Source of the DNA: a bacterium | Lineage (GTDB): Bacteria > Zhuqueibacterota > Zhuqueibacteria > Zhuqueibacterales > Zhuqueibacteraceae | Assembly (NCBI GenBank): GCA_044869275.1 | Contig: JBIOXB010000121.1 | Coordinates: forward strand, 1-27,921 | DNA length: 27,921 nt | Reading direction: 5' to 3' | In this document: positions 1 through 8,953 of the stretch, in pieces | Numbering within the stretch: the stretch's first letter is position 1 | Layout: each line of letters opens with the position of its first letter | The notes under the pieces: model-generated | Seen by the model: the letters and a program-made list of their open reading frames with translations, nothing else | What the model was told of the DNA's origin: nothing | The model's database searches: none | Position numbers and translations under genes: made by a program

Positions 1-67
1 GACTTTACCAGGAAAATCGGTTAATATACCGACTCAGACATTTTAGGAAGAACTTGTACCAACGCGC

Positions 68-2200
68 ATGTTCGGAATTCTAAACTCTGCCATTCTCTGG
101 GGCTTGGCCGCCGTCGCTTTGCCCATCCTGATTCATTTCTTGACCCGGCGCAAGCTGCGCGTGGTGAGGGTGAGCACCGTCGCTTTTCTCAAGCGCTTGG
201 AAAAGGAGAAAATCCGTCAACTGAAGCTGCGGCAATGGCTGTTGTTGTTGCTGCGCATGCTGATGGTTGCTCTGCTCGTGCTCGCTTTTGCGCGGCCCAC
301 GCTGCGCCGCGAGCGCGCCGTTTTGGCGCAACGTGCGCGCGCCACGGCGGTACTCATTATCGACAATTCCTTGAGCATGGCGGCTGCGCCTGCAGGCGCC
401 AGCTTGCTCGAGCAAAGCCGCGAGCACGCGCAGGCCATTGCCGCGTCGTTCAGCGCGGGCGATGAATTGTATGTCATTACCGCCGCGCAACCGGCTGCCC
501 TGGTTTCCGGCAGCCCGTTTCTGGAAAAGGAAAAGCTGCTCGAATCCCTGCGTTCGCTGCCGCAAACATGGGCGCAGACAGACTTGGCCGGAGCGCTGGC
601 TTTGGCTCGCGACCTCCTGTCCCAATCGCGCCAGGTCAATCGCGAGTTGTACTTGCTCTCGGATTGCCGCAGCGCGGATTTGCCGGTGCTGCCCACTTTG
701 CCGGGCGTGCGTGGTTATGTGCTGCGTTACCCTTCTGACTTGCCCAACAATTTGATCCTCGCCGATCTTTCCCTCACACATCAAATTTTCGAAAAGGGCA
801 AAAGTTTCGACGTTGTGGCCACGGTTGCAAATCGCGGAGAGCGTGAGATTGCCAATCAGCTCGTGCACTTGTACCTCAACAACAAACGCGTGGCGCAGCA
901 GGGCATCGAGGTACCGGCGCACAGCCAGCGCCAGGTAACGCTGCGCGCGATTCCTGACAGTGCCGGCTTCATCACCGGCCGCGTGAGTCTGGACGACGAC
1001 GACTTTGCGCAAGACAATACGCGCTATTTTTCTTTTTTTATTCCGCGACAGCGGCGCTTATTGGCAGTGGCAGAGAAACCCGAGGATTTGAGGTATGTGC
1101 GCGCTGCCCTGCAAATGGAAAGGGGCAACAGCGACGCCACACAAACGTGGAAAGAAATCGCCGCGCGTGAGCTGGGTGCGGAGAGTTTTTCGAATTACGA
1201 CGGCCTGGTGCTGGTGAACGTCAGCCGTTTCCCCGAAGGCGTGGTGCCGCGGCTGGCTAATTTCCTCTCCAGCGGCGGCGGGGTGATCATTTTTCCCGGC
1301 AGCGAAACGGATTTGCGGCATTATAATGAAACGTTATTCGCGCCTTTCAATTTCGGTGCCTGGGGAGGCACCATCGGGAGCTTGAATGCGACGGAGAATT
1401 TCTTCAAACTGGGGCCCATCGATTTTTCGCACCCGATTTTCAACGGCGTGCTCGAGAAAAGTGACAAAGACATGCGTATCGAATCGCCCATGTTTCGCTT
1501 CGCCGTGCAACTCAATCTCGCCGCGGGCACGAAGCCAGTATTGAATTATGCCAATGGCCAGCCGTTCCTGGCCGAGCGGCAGGTGCAGGCCGGCAAGATA
1601 CTCGTGTTCACCTCTGCGCCGGACGAGCGCTGGTCGGATTTCTGCTTTAAGGGCTTGTTTGCGCCGCTGGTTTACCGCAGCATGGCGTACATGACCCAGC
1701 ATCATGAAAATCAGCAGCAAACTTTTTTTGTCGGTAATGAGTTAAATACGTTGCTACGGGTGGCCGCGCAGGACGTCGAAGTCACGCTGCCGGACAACGA
1801 GCGCGTGAAAGCGCCGGTGAACGTCGCCGGGCAGAACTATCAAGTGCGCGTGCCCGCCACGCCGCTGCCGGGATTCTATTCCTTATGGAACAAAGGCGCG
1901 CGCTTGCAGGTCTGGCCGGTGAATTTTAATGCCGCTGAATTGAGCACCTCTCCTTTATCTGTGGAAAAATTGGCTGCAGCCAGCGGCGCGATGTCGCTGG
2001 TGGAATTGCCGGCTCAACAGGACTTGCGCGCGAGCATACAACAGGCGCGTTACGGCTCGGAATTGTGGCCACTGTTCCTTCTGGCCGCGATTATCGCGAT
2101 GATCATTGAAATGATACTTTATCGTGGCGCAGCAACAAGTTCGAACGGCGCGCTTGCGGATTCCGCCAATCGCGCGCGTACACGCCAAGCGGTGAGCTGA
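68..2200 (+). CDS. BatA-type N-terminal double-TM / von Willebrand factor A domain membrane protein
   Basis: N-terminal 'LWGLAAVALPILIHFL...LLLLLRMLMVALLVLAFARP' BatA-like motif; vWA MIDAS DxSxS ('IDNSLSM') with later 'TD' and 'LSD'; CARDB-like beta region; GATase-like 'FLSSGGGVIIFPG' domain; C-terminal TM 'ELWPLFLLAAIIAMIIEMIL'. Confidence 0.85.
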   Translation: MFGILNSAILWGLAAVALPILIHFLTRRKLRVVRVSTVAFLKRLEKEKIRQLKLRQWLLLLLRMLMVALLVLAFARPTLRRERAVLAQRARATAVLIIDNSLSMAAAPAGASLLEQSREHAQAIAASFSAGDELYVITAAQPAALVSGSPFLEKEKLLESLRSLPQTWAQTDLAGALALARDLLSQSRQVNRELYLLSDCRSADLPVLPTLPGVRGYVLRYPSDLPNNLILADLSLTHQIFEKGKSFDVVATVANRGEREIANQLVHLYLNNKRVAQQGIEVPAHSQRQVTLRAIPDSAGFITGRVSLDDDDFAQDNTRYFSFFIPRQRRLLAVAEKPEDLRYVRAALQMERGNSDATQTWKEIAARELGAESFSNYDGLVLVNVSRFPEGVVPRLANFLSSGGGVIIFPGSETDLRHYNETLFAPFNFGAWGGTIGSLNATENFFKLGPIDFSHPIFNGVLEKSDKDMRIESPMFRFAVQLNLAAGTKPVLNYANGQPFLAERQVQAGKILVFTSAPDERWSDFCFKGLFAPLVYRSMAYMTQHHENQQQTFFVGNELNTLLRVAAQDVEVTLPDNERVKAPVNVAGQNYQVRVPATPLPGFYSLWNKGARLQVWPVNFNAAELSTSPLSVEKLAAASGAMSLVELPAQQDLRASIQQARYGSELWPLFLLAAIIAMIIEMILYRGAATSSNGALADSANRARTRQAVS

Positions 2201-2212
2201 AAATAAGGAGTA

Positions 2213-3547
2213 TTGCCCATCCAAAAACGCATGCACGACCTTCGCCCGCGCGACCGTGAGCGCGCGGTGTTATTGGGGTTGATCGTGCCGGGGAGCGCGC
2301 ATCAAGCGACGGATTATTCCATGCAAGAATTGGCGCAACTGTCCGCCACGGCCGGCGCCGACGTCGTGGACACCATCATTCACACCCGCGCCAAGATCGA
2401 TCCCGCCTATTTTATCGGGCGCGGCAAAGCGGAATTCCTCGCGCAAGTCGTGGCCGAGAAGCAAGCCGATCTTGTCATCTTCGACGACGATCTTTCCCCC
2501 GGCCAAGCCAACAATCTGGAAGAATTATTCCAAGCCAAAGTCATCGATCGCAGCGGATTGATTCTCGATATATTTGCCCGCCGCGCGCGCACCAAAGAGG
2601 CGCGCACGCAGGTGGAGCTGGCGCAATTGGAATATCTCTTGCCGCGCCTGGCCGGGCAATGGACGCACTTCTCGCGGCAGGCCGGCGGCATCGGTTTGCG
2701 CGGGCCTGGTGAAACGCAGTTGGAAACCGACCGCCGTCTGGTGCGCACACGCATCGCGCATCTCAACAAGGAGTTGCAGCGCATCGACCGGCAGCGCCAG
2801 GTGCGGCGCCAGCATCGCGCCGGCATCTTCAAAGTGGCGCTGGTGGGATATACGAACGCGGGCAAATCAACGCTGTTGAACACCCTGACGAATGCCGAAG
2901 TGCTGGTGGAAGATCGTTTGTTCGCCACGCTCGACCCCTCCGTACGCGCCTTGCGCCACAGCGACAACGGCTTGACCAAAGATATCGGGGAAATTTTGGT
3001 GATCGACACCGTCGGCTTCATTCGCAAGCTGCCGCACCATCTGGTGGCCTCCTTTAAGAGCACGCTCGAAGAAGCGCGCGAAGCAGATTTGCTGTTGCAC
3101 GTGGTCGACGTCACGCATCCGGATTTCGAGCGGCACATTGTCACCGTGCGCGAAGTGTTGCACGAATTGGGGCTGGGCCACTATCCCGTGCTGCACGTTT
3201 TCAACAAAATCGACGCGCTCACGGAAACGGGGCTGCTCGCGCGTTTGCAGCGGGAATACGCGCCAGCGGTCATGATTTCCGCGGAGCGCCGCATGTTTTT
3301 GGAGGAATTGCTGCACGGCATTCTTGCTTGCGCTGCGGCCGAGGTAGTCGAATTCGAAGTCGAATTGCCCTTGGGCGCATCGGCCGCCATCGCACGTGTG
3401 CACCGCCTGGCCCACGTGCTGAGCCGGCGCTATGAAGAGGAGAATGTGGTCTTGCATCTGCGCGCGCGCAAACACGCCGCCGCGCAGATTCGGCACCTGG
3501 CCGAACACACCGCCGAGGAATCAGCGGCTGAAATCTCAGCTTCTTAA
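2213..3547 (+). CDS. hflX: Ribosome-splitting GTPase HflX
   Basis: 'LILDIFARRART-EA--QVELAQLEY-LPRL', 'RGPGETQLE-DRR', G1 GYTNAGKS, 'LFATLD', G3 DTVG, G4 NKID. Start is uncertain (TTG 2213 or ATG 2231). Confidence 0.97.
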   Translation: MPIQKRMHDLRPRDRERAVLLGLIVPGSAHQATDYSMQELAQLSATAGADVVDTIIHTRAKIDPAYFIGRGKAEFLAQVVAEKQADLVIFDDDLSPGQANNLEELFQAKVIDRSGLILDIFARRARTKEARTQVELAQLEYLLPRLAGQWTHFSRQAGGIGLRGPGETQLETDRRLVRTRIAHLNKELQRIDRQRQVRRQHRAGIFKVALVGYTNAGKSTLLNTLTNAEVLVEDRLFATLDPSVRALRHSDNGLTKDIGEILVIDTVGFIRKLPHHLVASFKSTLEEAREADLLLHVVDVTHPDFERHIVTVREVLHELGLGHYPVLHVFNKIDALTETGLLARLQREYAPAVMISAERRMFLEELLHGILACAAAEVVEFEVELPLGASAAIARVHRLAHVLSRRYEEENVVLHLRARKHAAAQIRHLAEHTAEESAAEISAS

Positions 3548-3606
3548 GTGCTCCATACCCAGGCTCTGTGTTTCATGGCGCTTGGTGTCCAAGTTATTAC
3601 TCGCTT

Positions 3607-5019
3607 ATGCCATTACAAATTTTAGTCGTTGATGACGAGCCTCAAATCGGCAACACCCTGCGCGGGCTGCTAAACGACGAGGGGCATCACACCACCGCCA
3701 GCAGCAGCGGGGAAGAGGCGCTCAGCATTATTTCGCAACATCCCTTCGATCTCATTTTTCTCGATTTGCGCTTGCCCGGCATCGACGGTCTCGAAGTGCT
3801 GCGGCGTTTGCGGGAAAATCACGCTACCATTCCCACCTTGATGATTTCCGCGCACGCGGATATTGAGCTGGCCGTGCAGGCGACGCGCCTTGGCGCGTAC
3901 AATCTCTTGGAAAAACCTCTGCAAGCCGAGCGCGTTTTGCTGGAAGTACGGCATCTCGAGCACCGCCTGCAGCTTGAGCGCGAGCGCGACGCGCTGCGCC
4001 AGCGCGTGGGCCAGACCGGTGAAATGATCGGTGAATCACCCGCGATGCAGGAATTGCGCCGTGCGATTCACAAGGCGGCGGCTTCAGAAGCGCGCGTGCT
4101 GATCACCGGGGAAAACGGCGCGGGCAAGGAATTGGTGGCCGAAGCGCTGCACCGCCACAGCCCGCGCCACAAAGGGCCGTTCGTGCAAATGAATTGCGCC
4201 GCGATTCCGCGCGAGCTGATCGAAAGCGAATTGTTCGGCCACGAGCGCGGCTCGTTCACCGGCGCCACGCGGCGCAAGATCGGATTGATCGAACAAGCGC
4301 ACGCCGGCACCTTATTTCTCGATGAAATCGGCGACATGGCGTTGGAAACACAAGCCAAGCTCTTGCGCGTGCTGCAACAAAACGAATTGATGCGCGTCGG
4401 CGGCAATCAGCTCATTCGGTTCGACGTGCGCGTGATCGCCGCGACGAATAAAAACCTGGAGGAGGAAATCGGCGCCGGGCGTTTTCGCGAAGATTTGTAT
4501 TTTCGCCTCGCTGTGCTTCCCCTCGAGACCCCGCCGTTGCGCAGCCGCCGCGAAGATATTCCGCTGTTGGCAAACCATTTCTTGCAGCAAATCGCGCGCG
4601 CTTACGGCCGGCGGCCCAAAACGCTTTCATCCGAAGCGCTGCAGTTGCTCATGCACTATCACTGGCCGGGCAATGTGCGTGAATTGCGCAACAGCATCGA
4701 GCGCCTGGTGATTATGAACGAAGAAGAAAATCTCGCGGCTGAGCACGTCCAACAGGTCTTGCCCGCGCACGCGACGCTCCCGCCCGCCTCCGGCGGAAGC
4801 ATGCCGCCTTCCGCAACCACTTCTCCACGAGTGGCGGGTTCCATTTCAATCCCGTTCGACGAAGATCTTTCCTTCCGCGAGAATTTGGAGAATTACGAAC
4901 TGCGCCTGCTGCAGCACTATTTCGATCTGTGCTCGGGTAACGTCAGCGAAATGGCCCGCCGCCTGCGTACTGACCGCGCGAACTTGCACCGCAAGCTGCA
5001 GAGGTATCAGATCAAGTAG
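3607..5019 (+). CDS. Sigma54-dependent response regulator (REC-AAA+-HTH, NtrC/NtrX-like)
   Basis: REC 'ILVVDDE...LDLRLPG...EKP'; Walker A GENGAGKE; 'ESELFGHERGSFTGA'; Walker B 'LFLDEIGD'; 'WPGNVREL'; C-terminal Fis-type HTH. Start placed at ATG 3607. Confidence 0.95.
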   Translation: MPLQILVVDDEPQIGNTLRGLLNDEGHHTTASSSGEEALSIISQHPFDLIFLDLRLPGIDGLEVLRRLRENHATIPTLMISAHADIELAVQATRLGAYNLLEKPLQAERVLLEVRHLEHRLQLERERDALRQRVGQTGEMIGESPAMQELRRAIHKAAASEARVLITGENGAGKELVAEALHRHSPRHKGPFVQMNCAAIPRELIESELFGHERGSFTGATRRKIGLIEQAHAGTLFLDEIGDMALETQAKLLRVLQQNELMRVGGNQLIRFDVRVIAATNKNLEEEIGAGRFREDLYFRLAVLPLETPPLRSRREDIPLLANHFLQQIARAYGRRPKTLSSEALQLLMHYHWPGNVRELRNSIERLVIMNEEENLAAEHVQQVLPAHATLPPASGGSMPPSATTSPRVAGSISIPFDEDLSFRENLENYELRLLQHYFDLCSGNVSEMARRLRTDRANLHRKLQRYQIK

Positions 5020-5055
5020 TGACGGCACGCCATGAGGCGAAGTAAAGAGCCAGTT

Positions 5056-5096
5056 GAATTTGGTTTTGAAGTTTTTCCTTACTAAAAACCGAATTC
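5056..5096 (+). repeat. 12-bp inverted repeat (possible terminator or operator)
   Basis: GAATTTGGTTTT (5056-5067) and AAAACCGAATTC (5085-5096), one G-U pair, 17-nt spacer, followed by TTTC. Confidence 0.5.
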
Positions 5097-5191
5097 TTTC
5101 GTAACCTTACCCCAACCCGGATGAGCCGGAACCAAACAGGAAAAAGCACAAGGCAGCTAGGGGTTGCATAAAAATCCTGCTGTGGCGGGCC

Positions 5192-5377
5192 ATGAAAGTC
5201 AAGGACGTCATTAAACTTATCGAAACGGATGGATGGTATTTGGTCAACATCAAGGGCAGTCATCGTCAATTCGAACATCCGATCAAAAAAGGCAAAGTAA
5301 CGATTGCCGGTAAACCAAGCGATGATGTCAAAAAAGGAACTTTAAACAGCATCCTGAAGCAGTCAGGGCTTAAATAA
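5192..5377 (+). CDS. hicA: HicA family mRNA interferase toxin
   Basis: 61 aa: 'MKVKDVIKLIETDGW...KGSHRQFEHP...VTI...GTLNSILKQSGL' with the HicA GSH motif. Confidence 0.95.
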   Translation: MKVKDVIKLIETDGWYLVNIKGSHRQFEHPIKKGKVTIAGKPSDDVKKGTLNSILKQSGLK

Positions 5378-5406
5378 GTTACTGGAAAAACTCATACTTG
5401 ATGCCC

Positions 5407-5694
5407 ATGGAAAAATATCTGATTGTTGTTGAAAAAAGCCAAACCGGCTACTCGGCGTACTCCCCTGATGTGTTGGGCTGTATTGCCACAGGTAAAACAA
5501 TTGAAAAAACGATTGCCAGCATGAAATCCGCCCTGAATATGCATTTAAAAGCCATGCTGGAAGATGGAGAAGAAATTCCCAAGCCGCGTGGAATACAATC
5601 GTATCTGGATGCCGAAAAGGATTCAGTGAACGAACAGTACTTCTTGGCGCATATTCCTGTTGACAGTGTTATGCCAGAACAAGTTGTAGCATGA
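5407..5694 (+). CDS. hicB: HicB family antitoxin (short, no evident DNA-binding domain)
   Basis: 'Y-IVVEK--TGYSAYSPDVLGCIATGKT-E......AL--HL--M-EDGEEIP-P' partial RNase H fold, directly after hicA. Start is ATG 5401 or 5407. Confidence 0.92.
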   Translation: MEKYLIVVEKSQTGYSAYSPDVLGCIATGKTIEKTIASMKSALNMHLKAMLEDGEEIPKPRGIQSYLDAEKDSVNEQYFLAHIPVDSVMPEQVVA

Positions 5695-5724
5695 TTCTTA
5701 CAGCTGCGGCCGAGATCATTTGAA

Positions 5725-7473
5725 ATGAAAAGATTCTACGGGTTTGGCTTTATTGTCATTTCCAGTTTGGCGCTCCTGGCTTGGCGTTTCTTACCGCCTC
5801 ACCCGGATAACCTCGGCCGCTACCGCCCCGGCGATTGGGTGAGCTACGGCGTGTCGAACTACGTTGGTTCGGTGGCCGTCGGGCCGCAGCATACTTACTT
5901 CGGCACGACCGCCGGCGTCTTGCGTTTTGACGCCGTGCGCGGGCGCTGGGATACGCCCATCACCACCAGCGACGGCATTGGCGGCAATTTTATCACGGTC
6001 GTCGGTTTTGATCCTTTCGTCAGTTATCTCTGGTGCGCGAGCGATCGCGGCCTGAGCCGCCAGCATCCGGCCTCCCTGCGCTGGACGAATTTTCCGAAAT
6101 TCGAGCTGGGCCTGTCCTCGAGTGAAGATATTGTTTCCATCGGATTCGATCAGAATACCAACTGGTTTGAAACGAATTCGGGCCGCTTGTTTCGCCAGGA
6201 CAAGTTTGGTGACATCATTCTGCCTGCGAATGGGGTCGAGCGCGGCGATGAAACGCAAATCATTTGGTTCGGCTTGCGACGCAAGCCTGAGCGTCTGCCT
6301 CTGCCGCAGTTTTTCATGCCCGCCGGTTATTTGTTCGATCCCGGACGTTCGCTCTTCAATACGAATAGTATCAATTTTCCCACCTACGGCACGGTGCAAG
6401 ACAATCGCCTGCGGCGCGCGCCGGTGACCAGCGCGATCAATGATAATTGGGGCAACATGTGGTTGGGCACGTGGGGACTGGGCGCTTTGCGCGCGGATTT
6501 GAACGTTGGTCGCGCTGAAGTTCTGCAATTCGGCCTGGCCGGTTCACGCGTCGATGCCTTGCTGCTGGAGGACAAGGGCCTTTGGATTGGAGGCCTGCAT
6601 CCGCCCGCCAGCGATCCGGTGGAAGAATCGATCCAGGGCATCACCTACTGGTCGAATCCGCGTCCGGGTATCTCTTCCAATCTCGACTGGAGGTATTTCG
6701 AAGCGCGCCTGAATTTAGACATGAGCAGCGACGCTGTACACAATTTCACTTTTTTCGATAAAAAAATCTACTGCGCCACCGAATACGGCATCAGCATTTA
6801 TGATACCAAAAAAGATCGCTGGCGTCGCCTCACCCCGCATGACGGGCTGGTCGACGATCGCGTAAACGATGTATTGATTTATAAAGACCATTTATACGCC
6901 GCCACCGATCTCGGCTTGAATTGCATCACGCTGGACACGATTGGAAAAGATTCGCTGGATATTCTTGAGATCGCGCCGGAACAATTGCGCCACGTGCGGG
7001 TTTGGGATCTCGAGCGGCAGCACAACCTGTTGTGGATCGGCACGGAGCGCGGACCGTTCATTTATGACATGGCCAAGAACACCGGCGGTTATCTAAACGA
7101 CAGCGCAGGTCCACGCGACGAGCCCACGCTCAGCATTTCGTTTTCTGATTCCGTGATCTGGCTGGGAACGGACAATGGTGTGGAGGCGTTCGATGTATTA
7201 CACGCCACCTGGCTGGATTCTCCAGCCCGGCGCCCGTTCAGCAATGGGCAAATCAATACCGTCAAAGCAGGACCGCACGCGGTTTGGGTGGGTACCAACA
7301 GCGGCGTGTTCAAATATCATCGTGGCCGCAAGGAATGGAAAGAATACACCATCAGCGACGGCTTGCTGGACAATCACGTGAACGCCATCGCCACGGATGA
7401 CGAGCTGGCTTGGTTCGGCACGGATGAAGGCGTGACCGTCTTTCGGTGGCGCGCCTATCACGAATTCGAATGA
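5725..7473 (+). CDS. Exported beta-propeller repeat protein (ligand-binding sensor / PorZ-like propellers)
   Basis: N-terminal hydrophobic leader; many blade motifs 'W-GT--G' (YFGTTAG, WLGTWGLG, WIGTERG, WLGTDNG, WVGTNSG, WFGTDEG) and 'T--DGL----V--I' repeats; no catalytic domain seen. Confidence 0.75.
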   Translation: MKRFYGFGFIVISSLALLAWRFLPPHPDNLGRYRPGDWVSYGVSNYVGSVAVGPQHTYFGTTAGVLRFDAVRGRWDTPITTSDGIGGNFITVVGFDPFVSYLWCASDRGLSRQHPASLRWTNFPKFELGLSSSEDIVSIGFDQNTNWFETNSGRLFRQDKFGDIILPANGVERGDETQIIWFGLRRKPERLPLPQFFMPAGYLFDPGRSLFNTNSINFPTYGTVQDNRLRRAPVTSAINDNWGNMWLGTWGLGALRADLNVGRAEVLQFGLAGSRVDALLLEDKGLWIGGLHPPASDPVEESIQGITYWSNPRPGISSNLDWRYFEARLNLDMSSDAVHNFTFFDKKIYCATEYGISIYDTKKDRWRRLTPHDGLVDDRVNDVLIYKDHLYAATDLGLNCITLDTIGKDSLDILEIAPEQLRHVRVWDLERQHNLLWIGTERGPFIYDMAKNTGGYLNDSAGPRDEPTLSISFSDSVIWLGTDNGVEAFDVLHATWLDSPARRPFSNGQINTVKAGPHAVWVGTNSGVFKYHRGRKEWKEYTISDGLLDNHVNAIATDDELAWFGTDEGVTVFRWRAYHEFE

Positions 7474-7477
7474 GCGC

Positions 7478-7499
7478 AAGCCCCTGCGGGGGCTTTTTT
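7478..7499 (+). terminator. Rho-independent terminator
   Basis: AAGCCCC-TGCG-GGGGCTT stem-loop running into a T tract, 4 nt after the stop at 7473. Confidence 0.8.
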
Positions 7500-7539
7500 G
7501 TTCGTCACTTCATCTGTTCAATCCGTTTACCAAAAAAGC

Positions 7540-8883
7540 ATGGACCTTTTCGAACAAGAAGCCCGTTCCGCCAGCCAGAAAAACACGCCGCTGGCCGAGC
7601 GCATGCGGCCGCAACGGCTGGAAGATATCACGGGACAAGAGAATTTGCTCGCGCCGGGCAAGCCTTTGCAGGCGGCGGTGCTAAGCGGCGAATTGGCGTC
7701 CCTGATTCTTTGGGGTCCGCCCGGCAGCGGCAAAACCACCCTGGCGCGCATATTGGCGCAGGCGGCCAAAGCGGACATGTTTACGTTGAGCGCAGTGAGC
7801 AGCGGTGTTGCCGAGGTTCGTGAAATCCTGCAAAAAGCGGCCATCAATCGCCAGCTCGGCAAAGCTACAGTGTTGTTCATCGACGAGATTCATCGTTTCA
7901 ACAAGGCGCAACAGGACGCGCTGCTGCCGCGCGTGGAAGATGGCACCATCGTTTTGATCGGCGCCACCACGGAGAATCCTTCTTTCGAAATCATCTCGCC
8001 GCTGCTCTCGCGCTGCCAGGTTTACACGCTGCAGGCGCTGCAGGAGGATGATTTGCTGCGACTGGTCGATCGCGCCCTGCAAAACGATCCACAGTTGAAA
8101 AAAGCGCAGGTGGAAATCGATGCCGAAACCCGCCGCGCCTTGGCGCGGCTCGGCGGCGGTGATGCGCGGGCCACGTTGAATGCGCTCGAACTCGCCGTGC
8201 GCCTGGCGCCGGTGGAAAAGGAGGGCAAGCGCAAAATCACGCCTGCCCAGGTGCAAAACGCCCTGCAAAAAAGAGCGATTCTCTACGATCGCGCGGGCGA
8301 ACAGCATTACGACACGATTTCCGCGTTCATCAAAAGCGTGCGCGGCAGCGATCCCAACGCGGCCCTGCACTATCTTGCGCGCATGCTGGAAGCGGGCGAA
8401 GATCCCAAGTTTATCGCGCGGCGTTTGATTATTCTCGCGAGCGAGGACATCGGTAACGCCGAACCGATGGGACTGGTGGTGGCGACTGCGGCATTCACCG
8501 CCGTGACTTACATCGGCCTGCCCGAAGGCGCGCTGGTTTTGGCGCAAGCAACGACGTATCTCGCCAGCGCGCCCAAGAGCAACGCCTCCTGTCTTGCCAT
8601 CAGCGCAGCCCGCCAGGACGTGCGTGAAAAAACGCTCGCGCCGGTTCCCTTGCATTTGCGCAATGCGCCCACGCCACTGCTGGCGGCTCAGGGCTATGGC
8701 AAAGATTATGATTACCCGCACGATCACGCCGGCAGTTTTGTCGTGCAAGATTATTTGCCCGAGAATCTGTCCGAGGCGCTCTACTATCGTCCCACTCAGA
8801 ACGGCGCTGAAGCTGAGGTCGACAAGCGTTTGCGGCAATGGTGGGAAAAGTATCGCCAGGCGCGTGAGGAAAGAGAATCGTGA
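7540..8883 (+). CDS. rarA: Replication-associated recombination protein A (RarA/MgsA AAA+ ATPase)
   Basis: 'PLAERMRP', Walker A GPPGSGKT, '[15 protein letters not shown]', 'GATTENP', '[17 protein letters not shown]', 'ASEDIG-A', '[10 protein letters not shown]'. Start placed at ATG 7540 (MDLF). Confidence 0.97.
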   Translation: MDLFEQEARSASQKNTPLAERMRPQRLEDITGQENLLAPGKPLQAAVLSGELASLILWGPPGSGKTTLARILAQAAKADMFTLSAVSSGVAEVREILQKAAINRQLGKATVLFIDEIHRFNKAQQDALLPRVEDGTIVLIGATTENPSFEIISPLLSRCQVYTLQALQEDDLLRLVDRALQNDPQLKKAQVEIDAETRRALARLGGGDARATLNALELAVRLAPVEKEGKRKITPAQVQNALQKRAILYDRAGEQHYDTISAFIKSVRGSDPNAALHYLARMLEAGEDPKFIARRLIILASEDIGNAEPMGLVVATAAFTAVTYIGLPEGALVLAQATTYLASAPKSNASCLAISAARQDVREKTLAPVPLHLRNAPTPLLAAQGYGKDYDYPHDHAGSFVVQDYLPENLSEALYYRPTQNGAEAEVDKRLRQWWEKYRQAREERES

Positions 8884-8953
8884 GCTATTACATCGTCGAT
8901 GCCATTTGCATTTACATTCGTTGAGATCTTCGCGCTTTCGCGTTCTTTCTGCC

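Noticed and set aside
7374..7381. TCACGTGA resembling the parS core
   Set aside because: The flanks (ACAA / ACGC) do not fit TGTTTCACGTGAAACA. No convincing parS was seen in the window.
8594..8953. 120-aa N-terminal extension of lptD overlapping rarA
   Set aside because: It is an out-of-frame read of the rarA 3' end; a proper signal peptide begins at ATG 8954.
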